Of a DNA stretch of 64,000 bases, positions 10,028-19,132 are shown piece by piece; position 1 is the first letter of the stretch; each line of letters opens with the position of its first letter. The notes beneath the pieces were generated by a model. It worked only from the letters and a program-made list of their open reading frames with translations, ran no database searches and was not told the DNA's origin. A program made the position numbers and the translations under genes. Source of the stretch: Polyangiaceae bacterium (lineage in GTDB: Bacteria; Myxococcota_A; Polyangia; Polyangiales; Polyangiaceae). The DNA is taken from positions 106,381 through 170,380 of the forward strand of contig JBNKBE010000006.1 of NCBI GenBank assembly GCA_050287085.1, given 5' to 3'.

Positions 10028-12255
10028 GGGGTCGCCCCCGCGTTGAGCGCGACGTCGCTGCCGCCAGCGGGGGGCGCGTTCTTGATATCGGTGCCGAGGC
10101 GTTGCAGGTAGGCAACGAGCGCGACTATTTCCTTCGACTCGAGTCCATCGGGCCCTCCCTGCTCGCGAATTGCGACGGCGATCGTCCGCGCCTGCGAGCG
10201 GGCCATTTCCTCGGCACGTCCAATGGCATCACCATAAGGAACCCCGAGCATGGCCATCACGTCCACCCGAGCCTGGGTGACGCTGAAGTCCAGGTCGTCA
10301 CTGAGCAGCCACGGGTAGCGCGGCATGATCGACTGCGGCGTCGTAGACGTCGGATCGTCCATATGCCGAACGTGCCAAAGGTGCGGGTACTTGCCTCCAA
10401 TGCGATGCAAGTCAGGACCGATGCGCCGCGACCCCCACTGGAACGGGTGATCGTAGACGAACTCACCAGGCTTGCTGTACTCGCCGTAGCGTTCCGTCTC
10501 AGCATGAATCGGCCTCACCATCTGCGAATGGCAGTTGTAGCATCCCTCGGAGATGTAGATGTCACGCCCCAACAACTCGAGCGGGGTGTATGGCTTGACG
10601 GAAGCGATGGTTGGAACGTTCGAGCGAATCAAGAATGTCGGAATGATCTCGAACAAGGAAGCTACCGTCACCGAGAGCGCCACCATGACGGTGAACTTGA
10701 AGGGACGACGCTCCCACACGCGATGCCAAGCGGCATCCGCGAAATAGCGAACGCGGTGTCCGAACTCACTCATCGTGGTGTCCGTCGGGATCATCAGGCG
10801 CGGCCCGGCGCCAGCGTAGGGTTCTCGAGCGGGAGCCTCTTGCTCCGGCTCCTCATACTTCGCGGGACGGGACTTCCACGTCATGAGGACGTTGACGAGG
10901 CACATGAACACGCCGAGTACGAACAGCGAGCCGCCGAACGCGCGCACCCAATACATCGGGATGAGCCGAATGACGGTCTCGATGAAGTCCGGGTAGGCCA
11001 GTCTTCCTGTCTCATCGAACGCTCGCCACATGAGCCCCTGAGTGATGCCGGCCACGTAGATCGGAACGATATAGAAAAGAATGCCCAGCGTTCCGAACCA
11101 GAAGTGAGCATTGGCGAGTCGCTCAGACCAGAGCTTTGTCTGGAAGATGCGAGGCGCGAGCCAATACAGCATGCCGAATGACATGAAGCCGTTCCAGCCC
11201 AATGCCCCCGCGTGCACGTGCGCAATCGTCCAATCCGTGTAGTGCGACAGTGCATTCACGCTCTTGATCGAGAGCATCGGCCCTTCGAACGTGGACATGC
11301 CGTAGAACGTCACCCCCACCACGAAGAACTTCAGTACCGGATCCCGCGCCACCCGGTCCCACGCGCCCCGCAAGGTAAACAGCCCGTTGATCATCCCTCC
11401 CCACGAAGGCATCCACAGCATGACACTGAACACCATGCCGGCCGTAGAAGCCCATTCTGGCAAGGCCGTGTAGTGCAGATGGTGTGGCCCCGCCCAGATG
11501 TAGATGAACACCAGCGACCAGAAATGCAGAATAGACAGCTTGTAGCTGAAGACGGGACGGTTCGCTGCCTTGGGCAAGTAGTAATACATCAAGCCCAAGA
11601 AGGGCGTGGTCAGGAAGAACGCGACGGCGTTGTGCCCGTACCACCACTGCATGAAGGCATCTTGAACACCCGCGTAGATGGAGTAGCTCTTGAATAGCCC
11701 CGCTGGAATGACAAGGTTGTTGAAGATGTGGAGGATCGCGACCGTGACAATGGTCGCGATATAGAACCAAATCGCGACGTAGATGTGTTGCTCCCGGCGC
11801 TTGGCAATGGTGCCGAAGAGATTCACCGCGAATGCCACCCATACAACCGCAATGGCGAGATCGATAGGCCACTCGAGTTCGGCGTACTCGCGGGATTGTG
11901 TGATCCCGGAAGGCAACGTCAGGGCGGCTGCGACGATGATGGCCTGCCAACCCCAGAAGTGAAACGCGCTCAGGCCATCGCTGAACATGCGCGCTTTGAG
12001 CAAGCGCTGGCTCGAATGGTAGATAGCGGCGAATATCGCATTGCCTGCGAACGCAAAAATCGCCGCATTGGTGTGGAGGGGCCGCAGCCGACCGAAGGTC
12101 AGGTACGGGCTATCGAAGCTGAGCCACGGCAGGACGAGCTGCAGTGCCAACAGCAAGCCGACCAGCGTGGCGACCGCCGCCCAAACGATCGTCGCGAAGG
12201 CAAACTTCCGTACGACCGTGTCGTCATAGGTGAATTTTTCTATGTGTGCCGACAT
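10024..12255 (-). CDS. ccoN: Fused cbb3 oxidase subunits I/II (CcoNO)
   Basis: GRLRPLHT, QWWYGHNAV, GPHHLHY, AHVH, then CcoO EGCYNCHSQMVRP and WGSRRIGPDL. Start re-called at MSAHIEKFTYDD. Confidence 0.97.
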   Translation of the reverse strand: MSAHIEKFTYDDTVVRKFAFATIVWAAVATLVGLLLALQLVLPWLSFDSPYLTFGRLRPLHTNAAIFAFAGNAIFAAIYHSSQRLLKARMFSDGLSAFHFWGWQAIIVAAALTLPSGITQSREYAELEWPIDLAIAVVWVAFAVNLFGTIAKRREQHIYVAIWFYIATIVTVAILHIFNNLVIPAGLFKSYSIYAGVQDAFMQWWYGHNAVAFFLTTPFLGLMYYYLPKAANRPVFSYKLSILHFWSLVFIYIWAGPHHLHYTALPEWASTAGMVFSVMLWMPSWGGMINGLFTLRGAWDRVARDPVLKFFVVGVTFYGMSTFEGPMLSIKSVNALSHYTDWTIAHVHAGALGWNGFMSFGMLYWLAPRIFQTKLWSERLANAHFWFGTLGILFYIVPIYVAGITQGLMWRAFDETGRLAYPDFIETVIRLIPMYWVRAFGGSLFVLGVFMCLVNVLMTWKSRPAKYEEPEQEAPAREPYAGAGPRLMIPTDTTMSEFGHRVRYFADAAWHRVWERRPFKFTVMVALSVTVASLFEIIPTFLIRSNVPTIASVKPYTPLELLGRDIYISEGCYNCHSQMVRPIHAETERYGEYSKPGEFVYDHPFQWGSRRIGPDLHRIGGKYPHLWHVRHMDDPTSTTPQSIMPRYPWLLSDDLDFSVTQARVDVMAMLGVPYGDAIGRAEEMARSQARTIAVAIREQGGPDGLESKEIVALVAYLQRLGTDIKNAPPAGGSDVALNAGATP

Positions 12256-12268
12256 CGCCCTCGCGATT

Positions 12269-12284
12269 AGCAATTCATGGGCCA
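12269..12284 (-). promoter_or_regulatory. Sigma54 -24/-12 promoter of the cco operon
   Basis: TGGCCCATGAATTGCT, ending 13 nt before the ccoN ATG. Confidence 0.78.
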
Positions 12285-12379
12285 AATTCCTATGCCGCTC
12301 TGAAACACCTCGTTCTTCGCCGGAAATCTTCAGCGGAACACATCGCATCACGCTGGAACGACTGGGACGCCCCCATGCA

Positions 12380-12425
12380 CCGCGCAAGGAATGCAGAGAC
12401 AATACAAGTCCGCGCAAGCCGTGCA
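12380..12425. promoter_or_regulatory. Tandem upstream activator sequence, 30-bp spacing
   Basis: CCGCGCAAGGAATGCA (12380) and CCGCGCAAGCCGTGCA (12410), about 120-165 bp upstream of the predicted TSS. Confidence 0.6.
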
Positions 12426-12460
12426 CCTGCCCTGCCCAGTCGCTGCCCGCTGGAGTCCGG

Positions 12461-12880
12461 TTAGCTCCCTAAGACACGACGAAGCGAATCCGCGAGCTCC
12501 GCACCAGTCTGTGCGTCCAGGTGACCCGCAGGCCACTTCAGTCCGAGGCCGGCCGATTCTGACGGTTTCGGAATTACGTGAAAATGAACGTGAAACACCG
12601 CCTGATGGGCTGCGGCCTCGTTGTTCTGAAGCACGTTGTAGGCCGCACACCCCGTCACCGTTTTGACGGCCCGAGCCACTTGCACAAGGGCCAGCCCGAG
12701 AGCCGCCGCGGTTTCGGCTGGAACCTCATCCAGAGTGCGAGCCGGGACCTTTGGAATGACAAGCGTGTGTCCAGGACTCAGTGGGGCTATGTCGAGGAAG
12801 GCGAGAACGAGTTCATTCTCGAGTACCTTATGACATGGAATCTTGCCGGAAATGATGTGGGTAAAGATGGTCTCGCTCAT
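12461..12880 (-). CDS. HIT family protein
   Basis: TIFTHIISGKIP, AFLDIAP, GHTLVIPK, HVHFHVIP. Confidence 0.95.
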   Translation of the reverse strand: MSETIFTHIISGKIPCHKVLENELVLAFLDIAPLSPGHTLVIPKVPARTLDEVPAETAAALGLALVQVARAVKTVTGCAAYNVLQNNEAAAHQAVFHVHFHVIPKPSESAGLGLKWPAGHLDAQTGAELADSLRRVLGS

Positions 12881-13099
12881 AACGAAGTGCAGCATAGGCG
12901 AGTGGCAACGAGCCTGTCACGGGCGCTCCGCCCGCTTGCGATGCACCGTACGCGGCGGTACGCAGAACGCCTCCTGTGCCCGCCCAGAGCGGCTCCGCTC
13001 GGGCCACGGTAGAACGGCGCTGCGAGGCGCTCCGCCGGCCTCCCTTCGGAACCCCTGCGGGAGCCGTGTTAGGCCCCCGCGCAACGAGGGCATCAACCG

Positions 13100-13381
13100 A
13101 TGACGTTGAGCCACTGGCACGACGACGGTGGACTCATCCCGTGTGCCCTTTGCGGCGCGGACGCCGCGGGTCCCTGCGCTCGATGTCGTCGCCCTCTGTG
13201 CGGAGACTGCTGCGTCTTGACGACCGATAGCGGCGGGCAGTGGGCCATCTGCATCGCGTGCGCTGAACGCGGAGGGAAGAGTCTGCGCCCCGCGTGGACT
13301 CGCGTCGCGCTCTGGCTCACGGCGCCCCTACTGGGCCTCACAGCCCTTCTCGTCGTACTCAACTGGGCGTTCGGCTGGTAG
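13100..13381 (+). CDS. Small B-box-like zinc-finger protein with C-terminal TM
   Basis: CALC...CARCRRPLCGDCC...CIAC followed by a hydrophobic helix. Confidence 0.7.
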   Translation: MTLSHWHDDGGLIPCALCGADAAGPCARCRRPLCGDCCVLTTDSGGQWAICIACAERGGKSLRPAWTRVALWLTAPLLGLTALLVVLNWAFGW

Positions 13382-13471
13382 CAGCCAAACCCAGTGGCAT
13401 TGAGCTCCTGCCGACAGCCCGCTGACGAGCGCGTCCCCCAGACCGTCAACCCACCGACGGCCGCACGCCAT

Positions 13472-15289
13472 TCAGCCAAAGTCTTCAGGGCTCATTAGCA
13501 GAGGCTCGAGGGCTGGACACTCTTCCAGGCGAGCTGCCTCGAACGCGGTTCGCGGCAAAACGGCCTTGGCAAAGTAGGTCGCGCTAGCGACCTTCCCGCG
13601 ATAGAAGGAGCCGTCAGCATGTCCTTCTTCCAGCGCCGAAAGCTTCTCGTGACTGATTGCCGCCGCGTCTAGCAGCAGCCACCCAACGCATAGCTCGCTC
13701 ATCAGTTTGAGGTAGGGCGAAGCCGATAGGGCGATCTGTCGGACTTTGCCTGCTCTCCCAAGCGCGCCAAGATGAACGGTCAACTGGGCGAGCGTCGTCC
13801 GCGTTCTGCCAAGCTGAGCGGTTGCGGTCCCCAATACGGGGTGGGCCGAGTGCTGCGTCTCAAAGCGCTGTATGTCCTTGAACAACTGATGAGCAAAAGC
13901 CCCATCATGTAGGCCGAGTTTGCGGAATACGAGATCGAGCGCCTGGATGTGATTGGTGCCCTCGTAGATAGAAAAGACCTTGGAATCCCTGCAGATTTGC
14001 TCGATGGGACAGTCCTTCGTGTAGCCTGCACCACCGTAGATCTGCAGAGCGGAGGTCGCAATCTCGAACACCTGATCCGAAGCGTATGCCTTGATGAGCG
14101 GGGTTAGGATTTCGATCTGCCCCTGATGGTAGAGACGCCGCTCACGATCGGACTCGAGTGCCGCTTGGTCCGCATGGTTGCCGGCTTTCACAATCAAGGC
14201 GCGAATGCCCTCCACCTTCGCTTTCATCTCCGCGAGCACACGGCGGATATCGGGATGGGCGAGGAGCTCGACTTTGGGTGCATCAGCGCCGCGGCCCGCC
14301 TCGATATCCGCCCCCTGCTTTCGTTCGCATGCGTACCCCAGTGCGTTGAGATAGGCGTTGGAGGCATTGCCGAGACTCTGAACTCCAACGGCTATGCGCG
14401 CGAAGTTCATCATCTTAAACATCTGACGAATGCCTTGACCGAGTTCACCGCCACAGGGCTCACCGTAGCATTCGCCCCGATCGCCGAAGTTCAACACACA
14501 GGTAGAGGAACCGTTGAGACCCATCTTGTGCTCGATGGACCCTACGTGTACGTCGTTGTCGCTGCCGTCTAGCCGCACCTTCGGAACGATGAACAGAGTG
14601 AGCCCCGCCGTTCCGGCTGGCGCCCCCTTCACCCGCGCCAGGACCAGGTGAATGATGTTCTCAGTGATATCCTGATCGCCGCCACTGATGAAGATCTTGC
14701 TGCCGGTGATACGGTAGGCACCGGACGCCGTCAGTTCGGCTTGGGCACTGCTGGCGCCCACATCCGAGCCCGCCTGCGGCTCGGTGAGACACATGGTGCC
14801 GGCCCACTTGCCACTGTACATCGCTTCGCAGAAGGTCTGCTTCTGCTCAGTGGTCCCAAATTCCGCAATCAACTCTGCCGCGCCCGCGGTAAGTCCTGCG
14901 TACATATCAAGCGCGGTATTGGCACCCGAGGTGAGCTCCGTCACCAATAGAGCCAGCGCTTTGGGAGCGTTGGCTCCTCCATATTCAGGCTCCGCGACAA
15001 GGGCCTTGAAGCCGTTCTCGCAAAGCTGCTCATACGCTGCCTTGAATCCGTCAGGGACCACAACTCCGGACTCAGTGAGCTTACAGCCCTGACGATCCCC
15101 GGAGCCGCTGAGCGGTCCGGCCACCTCTCGAGCAAAGCGTTCTGCGGTCTGAAGGACCTGTAGCACCTCCTCCTCGCCCCAGTCCGCGAAGCGACCACGC
15201 CCCAGAAGCTCGCGGGTATTGAACTGTTCGAGCAAGGCGAAACGAATGTCCCGCAGATTGTGGCGGTAGTAGTTGATGCCGTCTGTCAT
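13472..15289 (-). CDS. Acyl-CoA dehydrogenase (~600-aa type)
   Basis: GTMCLTEPQAGSD, KIFISGG, EHKMG, IYEGTN; start re-called at MTDGINYY. Confidence 0.95.
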   Translation of the reverse strand: MTDGINYYRHNLRDIRFALLEQFNTRELLGRGRFADWGEEEVLQVLQTAERFAREVAGPLSGSGDRQGCKLTESGVVVPDGFKAAYEQLCENGFKALVAEPEYGGANAPKALALLVTELTSGANTALDMYAGLTAGAAELIAEFGTTEQKQTFCEAMYSGKWAGTMCLTEPQAGSDVGASSAQAELTASGAYRITGSKIFISGGDQDITENIIHLVLARVKGAPAGTAGLTLFIVPKVRLDGSDNDVHVGSIEHKMGLNGSSTCVLNFGDRGECYGEPCGGELGQGIRQMFKMMNFARIAVGVQSLGNASNAYLNALGYACERKQGADIEAGRGADAPKVELLAHPDIRRVLAEMKAKVEGIRALIVKAGNHADQAALESDRERRLYHQGQIEILTPLIKAYASDQVFEIATSALQIYGGAGYTKDCPIEQICRDSKVFSIYEGTNHIQALDLVFRKLGLHDGAFAHQLFKDIQRFETQHSAHPVLGTATAQLGRTRTTLAQLTVHLGALGRAGKVRQIALSASPYLKLMSELCVGWLLLDAAAISHEKLSALEEGHADGSFYRGKVASATYFAKAVLPRTAFEAARLEECPALEPLLMSPEDFG

Positions 15290-15349
15290 GAATCTGAGCC
15301 CCCTACCTGGAGTCCTTGCGCCCCCGGGCCGGATTCGAGCCCCGGCCAC

Positions 15350-16651
15350 TCAAGAACGTCTTAAGGTTTCTAGCACGTCAAAGTAGTCTGGAAAGGTCTT
15401 GGACGTACAACCCGGATCTTCGATGACAATTCCCGGCTGCACCAATCCAAGCAAGGCGAAGGACATTGCCATGCGGTGATCGTCATACGTGTGAACCCGG
15501 CCCGACCGCGGGCGGCCCGGGTGAACCACATAGCCATCCGCCTCTTCGACCGCCTCGATGCCGAGCGCAGCCAACTCGCGCACGACGTTGCCAACGCGAT
15601 CGGTTTCCTTGTGGCGAATGAAGCCAATACCCGAGATCCGCGTCGGCCCCTCGGCAAAAGGGGCGACGACTGCGAGCGTCTGGGCTACGTCGGACAAGTC
15701 GGCCATGTTGACGTCCACTCCGCGCAGAGTGCCCGTGCCCTCAACCGTCGTCGATGTTTCGTCTTGGACTACGGACGCGCCCATCTGCTCTAGAATCCGA
15801 ACAAGACCGAGGTCGCCTTGACGGCTGCGGCTCCCCAGACCTTCCACACGAACCCGGCCGCCAGTGATCGCAGCGGCGGCAAAGAAGTAGGAAGCAGCGG
15901 AGGCGTCCGGTTCGACCGCATAGTCCGTACCGCGGTATCGCTGTCCCCCGACAACGCTGAACTCATCGTAGCCACGTGCTTGTACCTGCACCCCGAAGTC
16001 CGACATGATTTCCAGCGTAAGATCGATGTACGGCTTGGAAACGAGTTCACCCTCAACCGCAATCCGCACATCACTCTCGTACGCAGGGGCGGCGAGCAAC
16101 AAGCCGCTGATGAACTGTGAGCTCGCGTTGCCGGGAAGCGATACCCGAACGGCCGTGCGTGGACGCCCCCTGCCGGAGACCGTCAGCGGAAAGCAACCGG
16201 GCTCGCCATGCTCCTCAATGCTTACGCCGAGGCCCTTGAGAGCCGCAACAAGGTGCGCCATCGGTCGCTTGCGCATGCGCTCCGTCCCGTCCAAGCGGTA
16301 ACGCCCAGGCCCCGACCCCAGGGCAGCCGTGAGAAAACGCGCGGCGGTCCCTGCATTGCCCACGAAGAGCTCGGCGCTTACGTCGGCGAGAACTCCGCCG
16401 CCCCCGGCTACGGAAAAAGTGCGGCGCTCACTGTCGCTCACAACCTGAACCCCCAGTTGATTGAGCGCAGCAGCCATGTAGCGGGTGTCGTCGCTGAAGA
16501 GCGCGCCGCTCAGGGTGCTGTGGCCATCAGCGAGCCCCGCCGTCATCAGCGCTCGATTGGTATAGCTCTTTGATCCGGGAACGCGGACGCATGCCTCGGG
16601 ACGGTGGCTGAGGGGAACGATCTCGATGCTCTTGGCACTCTGCTCCGACAT
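15350..16651 (-). CDS. aroA: EPSP synthase
   Basis: PGSKSYTNR, GNAGTAARF, SSQFISGLL, KETDR, DDHRMAM. Confidence 0.97.
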   Translation of the reverse strand: MSEQSAKSIEIVPLSHRPEACVRVPGSKSYTNRALMTAGLADGHSTLSGALFSDDTRYMAAALNQLGVQVVSDSERRTFSVAGGGGVLADVSAELFVGNAGTAARFLTAALGSGPGRYRLDGTERMRKRPMAHLVAALKGLGVSIEEHGEPGCFPLTVSGRGRPRTAVRVSLPGNASSQFISGLLLAAPAYESDVRIAVEGELVSKPYIDLTLEIMSDFGVQVQARGYDEFSVVGGQRYRGTDYAVEPDASAASYFFAAAAITGGRVRVEGLGSRSRQGDLGLVRILEQMGASVVQDETSTTVEGTGTLRGVDVNMADLSDVAQTLAVVAPFAEGPTRISGIGFIRHKETDRVGNVVRELAALGIEAVEEADGYVVHPGRPRSGRVHTYDDHRMAMSFALLGLVQPGIVIEDPGCTSKTFPDYFDVLETLRRS

Positions 16652-16777
16652 GGGGGACGCTATATAGCAACCCGGGGGCCGAGCAGAAGCGCTATCCGGG
16701 GCTGCCTAACAGACGGAGGGCCGCAAACGAGGCGTGGTCGGGCCCCAGATCGGCGGAAGCGCCCCTTCTTCGGACCC

Positions 16778-17584
16778 TCAGTCCGAAAGCGCGTTCTTGA
16801 CGCAGATGTCACGCTGCCGATCGGGGCAGTCGATACGAACGTGGAAGTGGTCGTCGTGTAGGCTCGAATTTGAGGGCTGATGCAGGAACGCCGCCGCAGC
16901 CAGAAGCTGCTCGCGGCTCGCCTTGTTGCGACGCGCGTAGTCCAGCAGCCGCTTGCGAACGTGCTTGGCGACGAATACGTGCAAGATCCCCGCGCGTCGG
17001 TCTTTGAGCCAACTACGAACCAAGAACCAATTGCGCTCGTCGTCGAAGTACAATCCTGGGTGCCCGATCACTGAGCCGTCGCCATCGATCTTGACGAGAC
17101 GGTCGACGCTCACCTGCGTACCACTCTTGTTGCGCAGATAGAAGCCAACGTCTGCGTCGCGCCCGCTCTGATGGGAACGGTGCTTCGAAATGGGTCCGCC
17201 ATGTTTGTACGACAAGTCGCCGACCAGCATGACCGAATTCGGAGCAGCTTTGGCGATGTCGCCAGCACTGCGTCGCAGCATCAGCACCAATGCTGGATGG
17301 CCGTAGACGCGACCACGACTGCTCGACTTGACTCGCAGATAAGGCGTCTGATGCAGCTTCTTGCTGCGCACCTGATAGCCGTCATTGGGCGCGCCCACCG
17401 ACAGCGACATGAGAGCGTAAGGCGACTTCTCATACTTCGCGGGCAGAGGCTCCCGCTTGGGCTTCGCAAGACCCAGCGACGAATTCAACGTCAGGACCAC
17501 CCCGAGCGCAGCCCCCACAACCCAACCCAGGCCGAGGAGGCGGCGGAGCAGACTGTCGCCGCCGAGGGCACTTGCGCCACGCAT
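16778..17584 (-). CDS. Penicillin-insensitive murein endopeptidase (MepA family); start uncertain
   Basis: VGDLS..GG, HRSHQSGRDAD, HDDHFHVRI; N-terminal signal-like stretch. Confidence 0.85.
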   Translation of the reverse strand: MRGASALGGDSLLRRLLGLGWVVGAALGVVLTLNSSLGLAKPKREPLPAKYEKSPYALMSLSVGAPNDGYQVRSKKLHQTPYLRVKSSSRGRVYGHPALVLMLRRSAGDIAKAAPNSVMLVGDLSYKHGGPISKHRSHQSGRDADVGFYLRNKSGTQVSVDRLVKIDGDGSVIGHPGLYFDDERNWFLVRSWLKDRRAGILHVFVAKHVRKRLLDYARRNKASREQLLAAAAFLHQPSNSSLHDDHFHVRIDCPDRQRDICVKNALSD

Positions 17585-17861
17585 GCCCCAGATACGCGGA
17601 GGCCTGGAGGATCTTCCCGGTCGCATGGGCAATGACGCGCGGCACTCGGCCCAAGCCCGCTCCCCGTCCCTCTTGCGCCCCAAGCACTTGACCGGGCAGC
17701 CAATAGCCCTCAGCCAGCGGCCGCAACGGCTGATGGGAGCGCGCGACCGATGCAAGACGAGACTGCGTTGAATTACTGCGCAGCTAGGAGCAATCAAATC
17801 GATTCGAAACCCTCTTGCGCTCCGAGGACCGCTGCATCCCCGAGAGCCACAACTCGATTCG

Positions 17862-17945
17862 TGCGAAGAAGAGGACTCGAACCTCCACGCCCTTTCGGGC
17901 ACTAGAACCTGAATCTAGCGCGTCTGCCAATTCCGCCACCTTCGC
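17862..17945 (-). tRNA. tRNA-Leu(CAG), CCA not encoded
   Basis: GCGAAGGTGGCGGAATTGGCAGACGCGCTAGATTCAGGTTCTAGTGCCCGAAAGGGCGTGGAGGTTCGAGTCCTCTTCTTCGCA: cloverleaf with long variable arm. Confidence 0.97.
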
Positions 17946-18239
17946 AAGTGGTGTATTTTCGAGCTGACCCGTCGCTTTGCCAAGGGCTACCGCCCTTGCC
18001 CAGCCACGAGGGAAGAGCGGTCTATTCGCTCGCTCCGTGAATCGCAAGAGAATTTGCACGACTGCTCACTTGGCCACCGGAAAGCGCTAGCCCGTACCAG
18101 CCAAGGACCCTCCCGCGAATCCCGGGCCTCCGGGCCAAAAGGCGACCCACGAGGCCTGCCCGCACATCCGGTCGTCGGGGCCGTAATGGCAGGGCGTCAG
18201 CGTGGCCATCTTCCTCGCATGCTGTCACCCTTGCTGTCC

Positions 18240-19100
18240 ATGTCGCTGCCGCGCCCGCCCGAAGTCCTCGACGAACGCTACCGCCTCCTCGAAACGATAG
18301 GCTCCGGGGCTCACGGCGTTGTGTTTCGCGCGCTCGACCTCGACACGGATCAGGAAGTCGCCATCAAGTTCCTGAGCGACAAGCTGGACGATCACTCCAC
18401 CTTCGTGGAGCGCTTGCGCCGCGAAGCGCTGGCCATGGCCGAACTCAAGGGCACCGCCGCCGTGAAGATCTTTGCCCTCAATCAGGAGGGCGGACGCGTG
18501 TATCTCGTGATGGAGTACCTGCGCGGGATGGACTTGGCCAGCTACCTGAAGCAGGGCGAGGCTCGCGGCGGGCAGTTCAAGAGCGACTATCTGTTGCACT
18601 TCCTGCAGCCGATAGTCGAGACGCTGCAGGTGGCGCACGACAAGGGCATCGTCCATCGCGATCTGAAGCCGAGCAACATCTTCAAACTCGACAAGGCTCT
18701 GGGCGGAGGGGTACGCCTTCTCGACTTCGGATTGGTCAAGATGCTCGATCGCTCCCAGATCACGCGACAGGGACAGGTCGCAGGCACGCCTAGCTATATC
18801 GCGCCGGAAGCCTGGCGCGGGCGGCCCGAAACGCTCGACCACCGCGTGGACATCTACTCGCTTGGGGTGTTGGTATTCCGCTGCCTTGGCGGAAGAGTGC
18901 CTCACGAATATCAGGGGATCGCGGACATTCTGAACTGGGCACTCACGGGTGAACGCCCTGGCCTCAGCACCGTGCGACCCGATCTCCCTCGGGCTGTCGA
19001 TCCCTGGACCCTCAAGTCGCTAGCTATCGATCCGGCGAAGCGCTTTCAATCCGTCACCGAGCAGTGGGCTGCCTTACGGGCGGCGCTCGATTGCGAGTGA
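18240..19100 (+). CDS. Ser/Thr protein kinase (kinase domain only)
   Basis: GSGAHG, VAIK, HRDLKPSN, DFG, APE; start 18219 or 18240. Confidence 0.93.
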   Translation: MSLPRPPEVLDERYRLLETIGSGAHGVVFRALDLDTDQEVAIKFLSDKLDDHSTFVERLRREALAMAELKGTAAVKIFALNQEGGRVYLVMEYLRGMDLASYLKQGEARGGQFKSDYLLHFLQPIVETLQVAHDKGIVHRDLKPSNIFKLDKALGGGVRLLDFGLVKMLDRSQITRQGQVAGTPSYIAPEAWRGRPETLDHRVDIYSLGVLVFRCLGGRVPHEYQGIADILNWALTGERPGLSTVRPDLPRAVDPWTLKSLAIDPAKRFQSVTEQWAALRAALDCE

Positions 19101-19132
19101 AGCGCCGCCCGGAGTGTGCATTGGGCTCTAAG

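Noticed and set aside
10102..11950. Long antisense and alternate-frame ORFs over ccoNO (and similar ones elsewhere)
   Set aside because: Expected shadows in high-GC coding DNA; no motifs.
16666..16681. Sigma54-like box before aroA (CGGCCCCCGGGTTGCT)
   Set aside because: Weak -24 element; equally explained as an extended -10 element of a housekeeping promoter.
17585..17902. Long N-terminal extension of the MepA ORF
   Set aside because: It runs into tRNA-Leu and has no protein-like features.
17862..17945. tRNA-Leu as an integration site
   Set aside because: No integrase, duplicated tRNA 3' end or obvious composition shift seen.
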